A stretch of 64,000 bases of DNA from Verrucomicrobiales bacterium (GCA_027483345.1 JAIXUV010000080.1:1679-65678), one strand, 5' to 3'. Positions 8,681 through 18,570 are shown, counted from the first letter of the stretch. The notes: generated by a model from the letters alone, not told the origin. Made by a program: numbers and translations.

Positions 8681-10706
8681 TGGCAGTTTCCGCTTACGAA
8701 TCACCTTCAACAACAATAATAGTTGCCGCGATCGGATGAATGACAATGACATTAAAGAGTGCTTCTACGGGCTGCTCTCGGGTGCTTCCCGCCGCCGGTT
8801 GACCCGCAGCCTCGTGATCAAGATGGTGAGAATGCATCCCTTCCTCCAGACTATTCTGATGCAGGAGGCTTTCCAGCTCAATGGATCCTATCAACACGAT
8901 GCATCCAACGTTCTTCTAGAATGGCTGCGTGGACCGGTGCCGTTCCACAGGCTAACGGCGCTGTATGGAGACATTCCCGCTCACGCGCCCAGTACCGATC
9001 ACTTCGCCATTGTAATCGGGTCAAAGTTGATCAGATCCCGACGATTCTGCACAAGTGAAGGTCGTGTTCTTCGCGAACTGCTAAGGTCCCAGGTCGCGCA
9101 CGCTTTCCTGAGAACTGGTCAAGTCACAAACGCGATCGCAACAGCATCAACAGTTGTTTCGAAGCTGCGACAGATCAAATCGGATACACTTGCAAAAGCG
9201 GTGAAAGCCTACGCTCAGACAGTGTGGTCGTTAGGCTTGTTCAAGAAAGGCGAACTCGAGAACGCAGCAAAGCTTTCAACAGAGGCTATGCAAACCTACC
9301 CCAAATGCGGAGGAACTGCGCTGCTCCTCAAATTAAGGGTGATTGTGTTGAACACGTGGGCCGCTCAGATGATCGTCACGGAGCGAGAGCCTGAGGGGAT
9401 TAAAGCAGTTATGGAAGCCTTGGCGATCGTCGAAGGATTGTCAGCAAAGGCCATGGCAACATCGATCGACCTTGCAGCTCAACTCACTATCGTCGCTACG
9501 GCACTTCATAGAACCCCTGATGGTGACAAGGCATGGGAATATTCTCTTGCTGCTTGGAAGACTTCCCAATCCACCGATTCGCCACTCAATCTTGTTGTGA
9601 TATCAGCTGCTGCCAAGATCTATTGCGACACTTTGGGAAGCGATCGTAGCCTTAATGCGGATATTGATATCCACCTGCTTCTGTTGCAGCGGATCACACC
9701 CTTTGCAAAGCTGCATCCTAACTTCTTTCTTTCATTATACTTAACACATTTGGTGTCATTCTTAAGGGCAATCGCGAGGGAGAAGCATTATTTTAGCGGC
9801 ATTCTGACCACCACGCCTGATTTGATCAATGATCCAGATGCCCCTACCCGATCCATTGGTGAACTTGCGCAGAATGAAATTATCGCTGCTATCGACTTGC
9901 TTAAAGAAGCGAGAGCGAGGGGATACAACATTGAGCGCATACTGGAAGCACAACTGAGACATGCGATAGTCCGAGCTATGCTTTACATAGATCCTTCAGC
10001 AGCTTACCAGCATGCAGTTTCAGCATTGCGCCGCTTGCGAGGCCTAAAACCTCATGACGGATCGCTATTTTTTTTGGCCAGGGACTTAAGACAATTGCGA
10101 ATCGAAAGCAATCTCTTCTCGCTTGTACGCTCTGCGAAACAATTTCTTTGGCATGACTACGCCAAACATCGGCCGCCTTGGCCGCGAGGACAATCGAGTC
10201 AGAGCGGAAGTGCAGATGGAGTTCCTAACACCCATGGCTTTATTAAGGACGTCATTCTGGAAACATGGCTCGCACTTTACGAAATAACTACGAGTGGTTC
10301 CAGACCCGTGTTCTTATACGTAGAAGCAGAAGTGATGGAAACTCGTTGTTTAGCACATGTATTAACACTCACACAGTTACCACAGAGAGATTTTTTTGCC
10401 GAAGGAGTTAGTCTGCTAATGTTGGCAGAGCTTCAATGGGCTTTGGGTAAGGCGCGGCTTGCCCGAAGGACTTCGCGATCAGCCATAAAATGCTTCTCTA
10501 AAGTGTCTGGAGGTCATCCCAGGTTTGAGACGGCTGTCTATCACGCGAGCGTGCTAATTGCGTATATTGATTACAGGATAATGTTTTACTCTTTCGGAAC
10601 TGGGAAGGGTTTTTCGAAGGACAAATTGCGCACGGAGAACCTGCTTTCGCTAACCGTGCGGCTGACCATGTATCATGTTACAAGTGCGACCGAAATGGTG
10701 AATTGA
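8667..10706 (+). CDS. large all-alpha (TPR/helical-repeat-like) hypothetical protein in a lower-GC insert
   Basis: 679-aa ORF rich in A/L/K/E helices. No NTPase or nuclease motif seen. The true start is possibly the ATG at 8736 (MNDNDIKE). Confidence 0.5.
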   Translation: MKSCDGSFRLRITFNNNNSCRDRMNDNDIKECFYGLLSGASRRRLTRSLVIKMVRMHPFLQTILMQEAFQLNGSYQHDASNVLLEWLRGPVPFHRLTALYGDIPAHAPSTDHFAIVIGSKLIRSRRFCTSEGRVLRELLRSQVAHAFLRTGQVTNAIATASTVVSKLRQIKSDTLAKAVKAYAQTVWSLGLFKKGELENAAKLSTEAMQTYPKCGGTALLLKLRVIVLNTWAAQMIVTEREPEGIKAVMEALAIVEGLSAKAMATSIDLAAQLTIVATALHRTPDGDKAWEYSLAAWKTSQSTDSPLNLVVISAAAKIYCDTLGSDRSLNADIDIHLLLLQRITPFAKLHPNFFLSLYLTHLVSFLRAIAREKHYFSGILTTTPDLINDPDAPTRSIGELAQNEIIAAIDLLKEARARGYNIERILEAQLRHAIVRAMLYIDPSAAYQHAVSALRRLRGLKPHDGSLFFLARDLRQLRIESNLFSLVRSAKQFLWHDYAKHRPPWPRGQSSQSGSADGVPNTHGFIKDVILETWLALYEITTSGSRPVFLYVEAEVMETRCLAHVLTLTQLPQRDFFAEGVSLLMLAELQWALGKARLARRTSRSAIKCFSKVSGGHPRFETAVYHASVLIAYIDYRIMFYSFGTGKGFSKDKLRTENLLSLTVRLTMYHVTSATEMVN

Positions 10707-11256
10707 AGCACCATTAAATAGGAGCTGAGGAAAATCATGTCATTGCGGCGCTGAGCAGCCATGATGTTAGGATAGGAAGGTTACCTTACAGCTTTGGTGT
10801 CACTGTGGCATGGTGTAGCGGAGATTTAGTGGACTCAGTCCACGCACGATGGCCGTCCTCGTGCCATGCATAGGGTGGAGTAGGCGAGCGGACGGAAGTT
10901 TCGCTCTCGGCGGACACGGCTTTACGGAGCGATGGAGTTCGCGCCGGTTGACTCCCTGATTTAGCGGCGATTGAATCCCGAACAGATTATGGGGCGACGC
11001 CGCCTTGAGGGGCCAGAATTATGCGGTCCAGACCAAGTGTGGCGCAGGAGAATTGCGTCCGTGACGATGGCCAGTGGGTTTACATGTCTGCTTGCGGTGA
11101 TGGACTGGTAGAGCCGGTATATCGTGGCGTGTGAGCTTTCGAGGACGTTGGATGGCGAGTTTTGCATCGGAGCTTTGGAATAGGGCTTGGAGTTTAAACT
11201 TCCCATACCGCACACAAGTCCGCCGGACTGCATAACTCCAATGTAGGAGCTATCCG

Positions 11257-14200
11257 ATGAGCCGATATTCTATCTCCAGACCCCGTGATGACCGTCAGTT
11301 GAACTTCTTCGGCTTTACGCCGGTGGTTTTGCCTGCGAATCGCGGGCCGCCCCTCAGACCTGCACAGCCGCTGCACACGGCCTCCGCTCCAGTCCTGCCG
11401 GTCGTCCAGTGGCCGGAGATTCGCTTGGAGCCAGACCCCAAGCGACCCCTGGCACCGGTCGTTTCCACGCCCAGCCGCTTCGCCATCACCCACACCGACC
11501 GTCTCGGTGAGGGTTCCTTGCGCCAGAAGTGCGACGGCAACCTGACCGCCATCGCGCTGCTTCAACGTTTGGAAGCGGAATGCCGCACCGCGACGGAGAT
11601 CGAACAGCATATGCTCGTTCGTTACGTCGGATGGGGTGGTCTGCCGCAAGTCTTCGACCGCCACAATGACGAGTGGAGTGCTCAGCGGGAACACCTTGAA
11701 TCCCTGCTCACGCCCGAGGAATTGGCGTCGGCCCGCGCCACTACGCTCAACGCACATTACACCTCCTCCGCCATCATCCGGGCGATGTATGCCGCGCTGG
11801 AACGGTTTGGTTTCACCGGCGGACGTATCCTCGAACCCGCCTGCGGCCTCGGCCACTTCCTTGGCCTGATGCCCGAGGGACTCCGTGCCCGCTCCACCTT
11901 CACGGGCATCGAGATTGATTCACTGACGGTCCGTTTGGCCAAGGCGCTCTATCCCGAGGTCGACCTGCGCCATTCGCCCTTCGAGGAGGCCAAGCTGGCG
12001 GACGAATCCTTCGATGTGGCGATTTCTAACGTTCCTTTCGGCGACTACCGCCCTTTCGACCGGCGTTTCCCCCGGTTCCTGATTCACGACTACTTCTTCG
12101 CCGCCTCGCTGGCTCGGGTCCGTCCCGGCGGCTTGATCGCCTTCGTTACCTCACGCGGCACGCTAGACAAGCAGGACCCTGAATTGCGCGAGTTGGTTGC
12201 CCGCCAAGCCGATTTGCTCGGCGCCATCCGGCTCCCGAACGACGCCTTCAAACGCAACGCGAACACCGAGGTCACCACCGACATCGTGTTCCTGCGGAAA
12301 CGATTCGCAGGGGAGCCCCGGTCGGGTCCGGATTGGATCAGGCTGAGTGAAACGACCAACTCCGTCGGCGAAACCATCCCGCTCAACGAATACTTCGCGG
12401 CCCGCCCCGAGATGATGCTCGGCGAAATGCTCCTGGCCGGGCGGATGTATCGCCAGAGCGAACCGACGCTCGTCGGCAACGGACGTGACCTCGGAGAACA
12501 GCTTCAAGCGGCCCTCGAACGTCTGCCGGCTGGCATCTACCAGCCTGCCGCCACTTCGCCCTCGGTCCCGAGTTCCAGCCTTCCCATGCCGGCTCCCGAG
12601 GCTGGGAAACCCAACGCCTTCGCCCTCTGCCATGGCCAATTGGCCCGACGGCAGGGGGACACACTCGTCATCCTGTCGGACCTCAGCGAAACCACCGCCC
12701 AGCGCCTGCGCGGGCTGATCCGGGTCCGGGATGCCCTTCGGCACTGTCTCCAAACTCAGTGGCAGGATCATCCCGAGGAAGACCAGCACCGCGCCCGCAC
12801 CGCCCTGAACCAGGTTTACGACTCCTTCGTCCGGAAGTTCGGTCCGCTTTCCGAACGGCGAAACGTCTCCGCCTTCCGGGGTGACCCCGATCTGCCGCTG
12901 CTACTGTCGGTCGAACATTTTGACCGCGAAGCCGGGACGGCGACCAAGGCCGCCATCTTCCGCGAACGTACCATCGCGGCCCGTTCTGCCCCCCAACGGG
13001 TGGACGATGCCCGCACCGCGTTGCTGGTGACTCTGGCGGAACGCGGGCGGGTGGACTTGGAGCATGTGCAAAGCCTGCTCCGTCTGTCCGAGGCCGAGGT
13101 GTTCTCGCAACTGAAGGGCCTGATCTTCCTCAACCCACAAACCCAACGCTGGGAAACCGACGACGATTACCTTTCCGGCAACGTGCGCGAGAAGCTGCGG
13201 GCCGCGGAAGCCGCCTCCCGCACCGACCACCGCTTCCAGGCCAATGTCGACGCGCTGCGGCAGGTGCAGCCGGAAGACCTGACGCCCGTCGACATCGACG
13301 CCCGGCTCGGCAGTTCGTGGCTGCCCTGCGAGGACATTCAGGCGTTCGCGGAGCACTTGCTCGGCGAGCGCGGCGTGGAGGTGAAACATGCCGACCTCAT
13401 CGGTTCCTGGTCCGTGAAGGGCGCGTGGAATGTCCGGATTGCGGTCGCCAACACCACCGAGTGGGGCACCGACCGGCGCTCCGCCGTGGATCTGTTGGAA
13501 GACGCCCTCAACCTGCGCACGCCGACGGTGTATGACCCGGACCCCGTAGCCGACAAGGCCGTGGTCAACGGTCCCGCCACCGAGGCGGCCCGCGACAAGC
13601 AGCAGAAGCTCAAGGAACGCTTCCAATCTTGGCTCTGGGAGGATGACTCCCGGCGCGAGCGACTCTGCCGGCTCTACAACGACCGGTTCAACGGCCTGCG
13701 GCTGCGCACGTTCAACGGGGACCACTTGCAACTGCCCGGGGCCAGTCACGCCATCGTCCTGCGAGCACACCAGAAGGCCGCCATCTGGCGCATCCTGCAG
13801 ACTTCCAACACGCTGCTCGCGCACGTTGTGGGGGCCGGCAAGACCTACACGATGGTCGCCGCTGCAATGGAGCTGAAGCGGCTCGGGCTGGCCCGCAAGC
13901 CACTCTTCGTGGTGCCCAACCACATGCTCGAACAGTTCGCCTCCGAACTGCTCACGCTCTATCCGGCGGCGAACATCCTAGTCGCCACCAAGGAGGACTT
14001 TGAGAAGCAGCGCCGCCAGACGCTCATGAGCCGCATCGCCACGGGCAATTGGGACGCCGTCATCGTCACGCACTCGGGGTTCGAGAAGATCCCGCTCTCC
14101 ACCGACACTCAGGAGGCCTTCTTCACGGAACAGATTGCCGCCCTGGAAAACGCCATCACCGAACAGCAACGCGAGGACCGGGGCTCCCGGCTGGTGAAGG

Positions 14201-16188
14201 AACTTGAGAAATCGAAGAAGCGGCTCGAAACCAAACTCAAGGAATTGCTGGCCGAAGGCCGCAAGGATGCGGGTCTCACCTTTGAGGAACTCGGCGTGGA
14301 CCGCCTGTTCGTGGACGAAGCCCACCATTTCAAGAACCTTTTCTACGTCTCGAAGATGACTCGCCTCGCCGGGCTGCCACAGACCGCCTCGCAGCGCGCC
14401 TTGGACATGTTCCTCAAGGTGCGGCACGTCCAACGCACCCCGGGCGGCGGCGTGGTCTTCGCCACCGGCACACCTATCGCCAACAGCGTGGCCGAGATGT
14501 TCACCATGCAGCGGTATCTTCAGCTCACCGCCTTGCAGGAATTGAAGGTCGATCACTTCGACGCGTGGGCGGGCACCTTCGGCGAACCCGTCACCGCGAT
14601 GGAACTGTCGCCCGACGGCGCGGGCTACCGCCTCAACACCCGGTTCGCCCGTTTCATCAACGTGCCGGAACTCATGGCCCAGTTCCGGCAGGTGGCGGAC
14701 ATCCAGACCGCTTCGATGCTGAAACTGCCCGTCCCGGAGCTACGCGGCGGCAAGCCCACCATCATCAGCGCGGCCTGCTCGCCCGAACTGAAGGAGATCG
14801 TGCAAAGTCTCGTGGCCCGTGCCGAACGGCTGCGTTCCGGTCAGGTGGACCCGCGCACAGACAACATGCTGCTGGTCACCACCGACGGGCGGAAAGCCGC
14901 CCTCGACCTGCGGCTTTACGACCCCGGTTTGCCGGACCTGCCCGGCAGCAAAACCAATCGGGCGGTCGCTGAGGTGGAACGAATCTGGCGCGAGACGGCT
15001 TCGCAACGCTCCGCCCAACTGGTCTTCTGCGACCTGTCGACGCCGGGCCGTGGGTTCAGCGTTTACACGGACATGCGGGACAAGCTCGCGGCCCGGGGCA
15101 TTCCGGAGGCGGAGATGGCCTTCATTCAGGACTACGACAGTGACGCCGCGAAAGCGGCCCTGTTCAAGGATGTCCGCAGTGGACGGGTCCGCATCCTCTT
15201 CGGCAGCACGGCGAAGATGGGTTCGGGAACCAATGTGCAGGCCAAGTTGATTGCGCTGCATCATTTGGACGCTCCTTGGCGTCCCGCCGATGTCGAACAA
15301 CGCGAAGGTCGCATCCGCCGCCAGGGCAACACCAACCCCGAGGTCAAAATCTACCGCTACGTCACGGCCGAGAGCTTCGACGCCTACATGTGGCAATGCC
15401 TGGAGACCAAGGCGAAGTTCATCGCCCAGGTCATGACGGGCGACACGTCCCTCCGCCGACTGGATGACGTGGACGGCGCAGCGCTAACCTATGCCGAGGT
15501 TAAGGCCATCGCCTCCGGGAACCCCATGGTCATCGAGAAGGCGAATGTGGATGCCGAACTGGCGCGCCTCACGCGCCTGCGTTCCCAACACGTCGAGGCC
15601 AACTACCGGCTGCGCTCGCAGGTGCGTCATCTCACCGACGAAATCCCCCGCCTCGAACGGCGGCTCGAAGCATTGCGGCAGGATCTTGTCCGCCGGGTGG
15701 ACACACGCGGGGACCAGTTCAGCATTCAGCTTGGCACTCAGTCGCTCACGGACCGGGGTATTGCCGGGGAACTGCTCAACCGGCTCGGAGAACGTTCCCG
15801 TGGCCTGGTGGCGGATAAGCTGGTTGGCCGCTTTGCCGGATTCGATCTCCTGATTTCCCCGATGTTGGACACCGAGATTCAGTTGGTCCTGCGCGGCGCG
15901 GCGCAACACTCGGTCCGGCTTCAGGCCACGGCGCACGGCACGACCCGGGCCCTGGAGCATGTCGTCAACCACTTCGACGAAGCCGTCGGGCAGGCCGAGG
16001 AGTTCCTCGCCCAGTCCCGGAAGCGTCTCGCCGACCTGCACGCCCAAGTGGATCAGCCGTTCGAGTATAGGGCTCGTCTCGCAGAAATGGCGCAGCGCCA
16101 ACAGGAGCTGATTGGATCCCTCGACTTGAATCGAAATGCTCAACCACGCGACCTCGGTGGAATCAGCGCACCGGATACAGGGGCTTGA
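11257..16188 (+). CDS. N6-adenine DNA methyltransferase fused to an SNF2/DEAD-like helicase (plasmid/phage anti-restriction-type giant protein)
   Basis: SAM motif ILEPACGLGHFLG and catalytic ISNVPFG. Helicase motifs LAHVVGAGKTY (I), LFVDEAHHFKN (II), FATGTPIANS (III) and QREGRIRRQGN (VI). aggag Shine-Dalgarno site 7 nt upstream of the ATG. Confidence 0.85.
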   Translation: MSRYSISRPRDDRQLNFFGFTPVVLPANRGPPLRPAQPLHTASAPVLPVVQWPEIRLEPDPKRPLAPVVSTPSRFAITHTDRLGEGSLRQKCDGNLTAIALLQRLEAECRTATEIEQHMLVRYVGWGGLPQVFDRHNDEWSAQREHLESLLTPEELASARATTLNAHYTSSAIIRAMYAALERFGFTGGRILEPACGLGHFLGLMPEGLRARSTFTGIEIDSLTVRLAKALYPEVDLRHSPFEEAKLADESFDVAISNVPFGDYRPFDRRFPRFLIHDYFFAASLARVRPGGLIAFVTSRGTLDKQDPELRELVARQADLLGAIRLPNDAFKRNANTEVTTDIVFLRKRFAGEPRSGPDWIRLSETTNSVGETIPLNEYFAARPEMMLGEMLLAGRMYRQSEPTLVGNGRDLGEQLQAALERLPAGIYQPAATSPSVPSSSLPMPAPEAGKPNAFALCHGQLARRQGDTLVILSDLSETTAQRLRGLIRVRDALRHCLQTQWQDHPEEDQHRARTALNQVYDSFVRKFGPLSERRNVSAFRGDPDLPLLLSVEHFDREAGTATKAAIFRERTIAARSAPQRVDDARTALLVTLAERGRVDLEHVQSLLRLSEAEVFSQLKGLIFLNPQTQRWETDDDYLSGNVREKLRAAEAASRTDHRFQANVDALRQVQPEDLTPVDIDARLGSSWLPCEDIQAFAEHLLGERGVEVKHADLIGSWSVKGAWNVRIAVANTTEWGTDRRSAVDLLEDALNLRTPTVYDPDPVADKAVVNGPATEAARDKQQKLKERFQSWLWEDDSRRERLCRLYNDRFNGLRLRTFNGDHLQLPGASHAIVLRAHQKAAIWRILQTSNTLLAHVVGAGKTYTMVAAAMELKRLGLARKPLFVVPNHMLEQFASELLTLYPAANILVATKEDFEKQRRQTLMSRIATGNWDAVIVTHSGFEKIPLSTDTQEAFFTEQIAALENAITEQQREDRGSRLVKELEKSKKRLETKLKELLAEGRKDAGLTFEELGVDRLFVDEAHHFKNLFYVSKMTRLAGLPQTASQRALDMFLKVRHVQRTPGGGVVFATGTPIANSVAEMFTMQRYLQLTALQELKVDHFDAWAGTFGEPVTAMELSPDGAGYRLNTRFARFINVPELMAQFRQVADIQTASMLKLPVPELRGGKPTIISAACSPELKEIVQSLVARAERLRSGQVDPRTDNMLLVTTDGRKAALDLRLYDPGLPDLPGSKTNRAVAEVERIWRETASQRSAQLVFCDLSTPGRGFSVYTDMRDKLAARGIPEAEMAFIQDYDSDAAKAALFKDVRSGRVRILFGSTAKMGSGTNVQAKLIALHHLDAPWRPADVEQREGRIRRQGNTNPEVKIYRYVTAESFDAYMWQCLETKAKFIAQVMTGDTSLRRLDDVDGAALTYAEVKAIASGNPMVIEKANVDAELARLTRLRSQHVEANYRLRSQVRHLTDEIPRLERRLEALRQDLVRRVDTRGDQFSIQLGTQSLTDRGIAGELLNRLGERSRGLVADKLVGRFAGFDLLISPMLDTEIQLVLRGAAQHSVRLQATAHGTTRALEHVVNHFDEAVGQAEEFLAQSRKRLADLHAQVDQPFEYRARLAEMAQRQQELIGSLDLNRNAQPRDLGGISAPDTGA

Positions 16189-16922
16189 AACATTGCCGGG
16201 GCGCCTGTGGCAGGCGGAAGCGATGTAAAGGACGGCCTAGTGTTCTTGGGAGTGGTGAACAGCTTCTTGCAGTTCTGCTGCACACTTGGGAGCACTTCTA
16301 AAGCAACTTTCCCAATTAGGTCCCGACGTGTTTGCTCAAACCAGTCTTCTGCGAATCTGTAGCCCGTGGGGTCGACGGAACTCCACGCGATGCGATTTCG
16401 GTATCCAGGTTCGTCTTCTCTGAGGGCAATATTTGCAAAATAAACGCCTGCGTAATTCATGCCCATTGGAATTCGAGCCGCATGAATAGCTTGATTACGT
16501 TCAGTTAAAAACTTGGCGATTGGATCGCGGATGTAGTTCGCTTTGAGGGCGCAGGCAATTGCCTCGATCATATCGCAGACTTGCCCAATCAACGCAAGAA
16601 ACGTAGATGTGCTTTGGGTCAGACGAATGTAAACATCCGAAGTAAGAGGCTTGTCCTGATTTGAACGGAGGTAGACCAAAGCTTCCTTCGTGCTTGAGTC
16701 GAATATATAGAGGAACAGAGCCATCGAGTAGTGGGACTGGCAGAACATTTCATGTTGCTTGGCAATTTCACCGCCTTGATTCATGTAGCTCTGACGAGGT
16801 TGCCCATGACCGTCATGTCCGATGAACTCGCTCCAAATCTCCTCGTAAAGCGGCAAATGCTTACGAATCCAAGCGGCGTGCGTTTGTTCAAAGAGGTCCC
16901 CGCTCTCCAGTGTCTGGTTCAT
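16140..16922 (-). CDS. hypothetical protein with a HEPN-like R-N-x3-H motif, in a lower-GC patch
   Basis: LTERNQAIHAARIP (Rx4H). Start taken at the internal ATG (MNQTLE). The 3' end overlaps the convergent methylase-helicase gene by 49 nt. Confidence 0.4.
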   Translation of the reverse strand: MNQTLESGDLFEQTHAAWIRKHLPLYEEIWSEFIGHDGHGQPRQSYMNQGGEIAKQHEMFCQSHYSMALFLYIFDSSTKEALVYLRSNQDKPLTSDVYIRLTQSTSTFLALIGQVCDMIEAIACALKANYIRDPIAKFLTERNQAIHAARIPMGMNYAGVYFANIALREDEPGYRNRIAWSSVDPTGYRFAEDWFEQTRRDLIGKVALEVLPSVQQNCKKLFTTPKNTRPSFTSLPPATGAPAMFQAPVSGALIPPRSRG

Positions 16923-17042
16923 GATGATCGCTCGATGTTCATGTCTTCCCAACGGTAGTCAGCAGGTCAAATAAGCGAAATGACATTCGTCTTGCGACGT
17001 CACAACGACCCCCAAGTGCATACTGAGCGGCGAGGACTCTCC

Positions 17043-17459
17043 CTACCGTAACGCCGAACAGATAACCGTCCGCCACTGATCCTCAAACTCGCCCAACGCC
17101 AACCGGTCGTGTGTGGACGGGAGCCGGAAGGATTGCCGCCCCGCGGCCGCACAGAGTTCCGCCTCGGCCCCCATCACGACGGACAGCGCGGCCCGGACGA
17201 TCAAGCCGAGGGGAACCTTGGCCCGGGCGGCTTGCTGCAACCGGAGCAGGAACGCATTCAGTTCCGCATCCTCGCTGCGGGTGAGTACGAAGCGTTTGGT
17301 GATGGTGCCCTCAGGTGGAGGCTCTTCCCGTGGCCGGGGCGCGACCAGTGCAATACCTGTCGCGACGGGAGCCTGCCGCCGCGCTCCGGCTGTCGCGTCC
17401 CGAACGAGGTCGGCGGAAATGGGGTCGTAGGGGCGTTCCTCGAATCGCTTCTTAGGCAT
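17043..17459 (-). CDS. ParG/RHH-like partition adaptor (candidate centromere-binding protein)
   Basis: 138 aa, 8-nt overlap with parA. The segment KRFVLTRSEDAELNAFLLRLQQAA resembles a ribbon-helix-helix. Confidence 0.4.
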   Translation of the reverse strand: MPKKRFEERPYDPISADLVRDATAGARRQAPVATGIALVAPRPREEPPPEGTITKRFVLTRSEDAELNAFLLRLQQAARAKVPLGLIVRAALSVVMGAEAELCAAAGRQSFRLPSTHDRLALGEFEDQWRTVICSALR

Positions 17460-18324
17460 GAATCACCTCCTCGGTCAGCAGGATGGGTGGAGACTGTCGC
17501 AAGGCCGTCAGCCGGTCCTCGAATTCCTTGGCCAGCGTCCGGTATTCGTCGGCAACCGGATGGTCTCCCTGATACTGGAGTATAGTTTGCCCAATCTTCT
17601 GGGCCTCCTGAACCACGACACTGCGGCCGATTTCGGTGCTGAATTTGAGCGTGCGCCCGGCAGCATCGACACAAGTCCGCTCCACGTAGGCCACCAATTC
17701 TCGCGCCAGCCGCGTCTTTGGGCGTGGCACCGCGCAGACGATGACTCCGAGCAGAGCAAGCCGTTCGTTGGCATACCGCTGGGCTGCTACGATGTCGGTC
17801 AGCGCCTCCGCCAGAGCACTTACGGCAAGATGGTCGGGCATGGCACTTAAAACCGCGAAATCAGCGGCCTTCAGGGCCGGGATGATGGTCTTTGTCTTCT
17901 GCGGCGGGGTATCGAGAAACACGTAGTCGTATTTCCCACGCAACCGGTTGATCGGCTCGATGAGCAGGTCCTGGTGAATGAGCCATGGATTCTGCGCCAG
18001 AAAATTGTCCAGTTCGGCCAGCTTTCGCGAACTGGGGACCAGATGGATGTTCGGCGGCAGCGCCACCTCGGGTTCCTCGTTGGTGATGATCGTGTCCTCG
18101 GCGTTCTCCGCGCCGGTCAGCAGCTCGAAGCTGCTGTTCCAGCCATCGGTCGGCGCCCGCAAGGCCTTGGTCGCACCCGAGGTCATGTCGAGGTCGATTA
18201 TGAGCGAGCGTCGCCCGCGCTCGGCCAGTGCCCCGGCCAGTTGGATGGTGTTGGTGGTTTTGCCGACGCCGCCTTTCTGGTTGCCCACGGCGATGACGAC
18301 GGTGTTTCGGATTTTCTCGGACAT
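17452..18324 (-). CDS. parA: ParA-family partition ATPase
   Basis: Deviant Walker A VGNQKGGVGKTTNT. Start set at the ATG at 18324, preceded by AGGAGG at 5-nt spacing. The longer ORF would read through the iteron field. Confidence 0.9.
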   Translation of the reverse strand: MSEKIRNTVVIAVGNQKGGVGKTTNTIQLAGALAERGRRSLIIDLDMTSGATKALRAPTDGWNSSFELLTGAENAEDTIITNEEPEVALPPNIHLVPSSRKLAELDNFLAQNPWLIHQDLLIEPINRLRGKYDYVFLDTPPQKTKTIIPALKAADFAVLSAMPDHLAVSALAEALTDIVAAQRYANERLALLGVIVCAVPRPKTRLARELVAYVERTCVDAAGRTLKFSTEIGRSVVVQEAQKIGQTILQYQGDHPVADEYRTLAKEFEDRLTALRQSPPILLTEEVIHA

Positions 18325-18353
18325 GCTCCTCCTGTTCAAACGGGTTTGTTTTA

Positions 18354-18570
18354 GCCAAAGGGCCAACCGGCGCGGACCGCGCCGTCGGGCCAAGGGGCCA
18401 TTTCGGGGTTATCCCACATTCCGAAGCGCCACGCCATAGACCCACGGTTTCGTTTTGACGCCGATGCAACGGGGTTCCGTGGGCCAAACGGCCGCTTGGC
18501 CAATGGGCGAATCAGTCGGCGGTCGGCCAACGGGCGCACTGGCCTTTTGGCCAACGGGACGGTCCAAAAT
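18354..18570. repeat. iteron/centromere-like field: at least 7 copies of GGCCAA(N)GGG, two within the palindrome TTGGCCAA
   Basis: GGCCAA at 18361, 18388, 18482, 18498, 18525 and 18549, plus degenerate copies at 18354 and 18561. The field lies between divergent parA and the Rep-like gene. Confidence 0.6.

Noticed and set aside
12901-13923. 340-aa minus-strand ORF inside the methylase-helicase gene
   Set aside because: It is antisense to a gene with clear helicase and methylase motifs. Its composition (G/P/R/V/L-rich, no motifs) is typical of shadow ORFs in high-GC DNA.
18325-18393. N-terminal extension of parA (MARRRGPRRLALWLKQTRLNRRS)
   Set aside because: It reads through the GGCCAA repeat field. 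The internal ATG at 18324 has a perfect AGGAGG site at 5 nt and gives a standard ParA N-terminus.
18354-18570. Possible CRISPR array, suggested by the short repeats
   Set aside because: The repeat unit is only about 10 nt, the spacing is irregular (16-27 nt) and no cas genes are present. This fits iterons or parS, not CRISPR.
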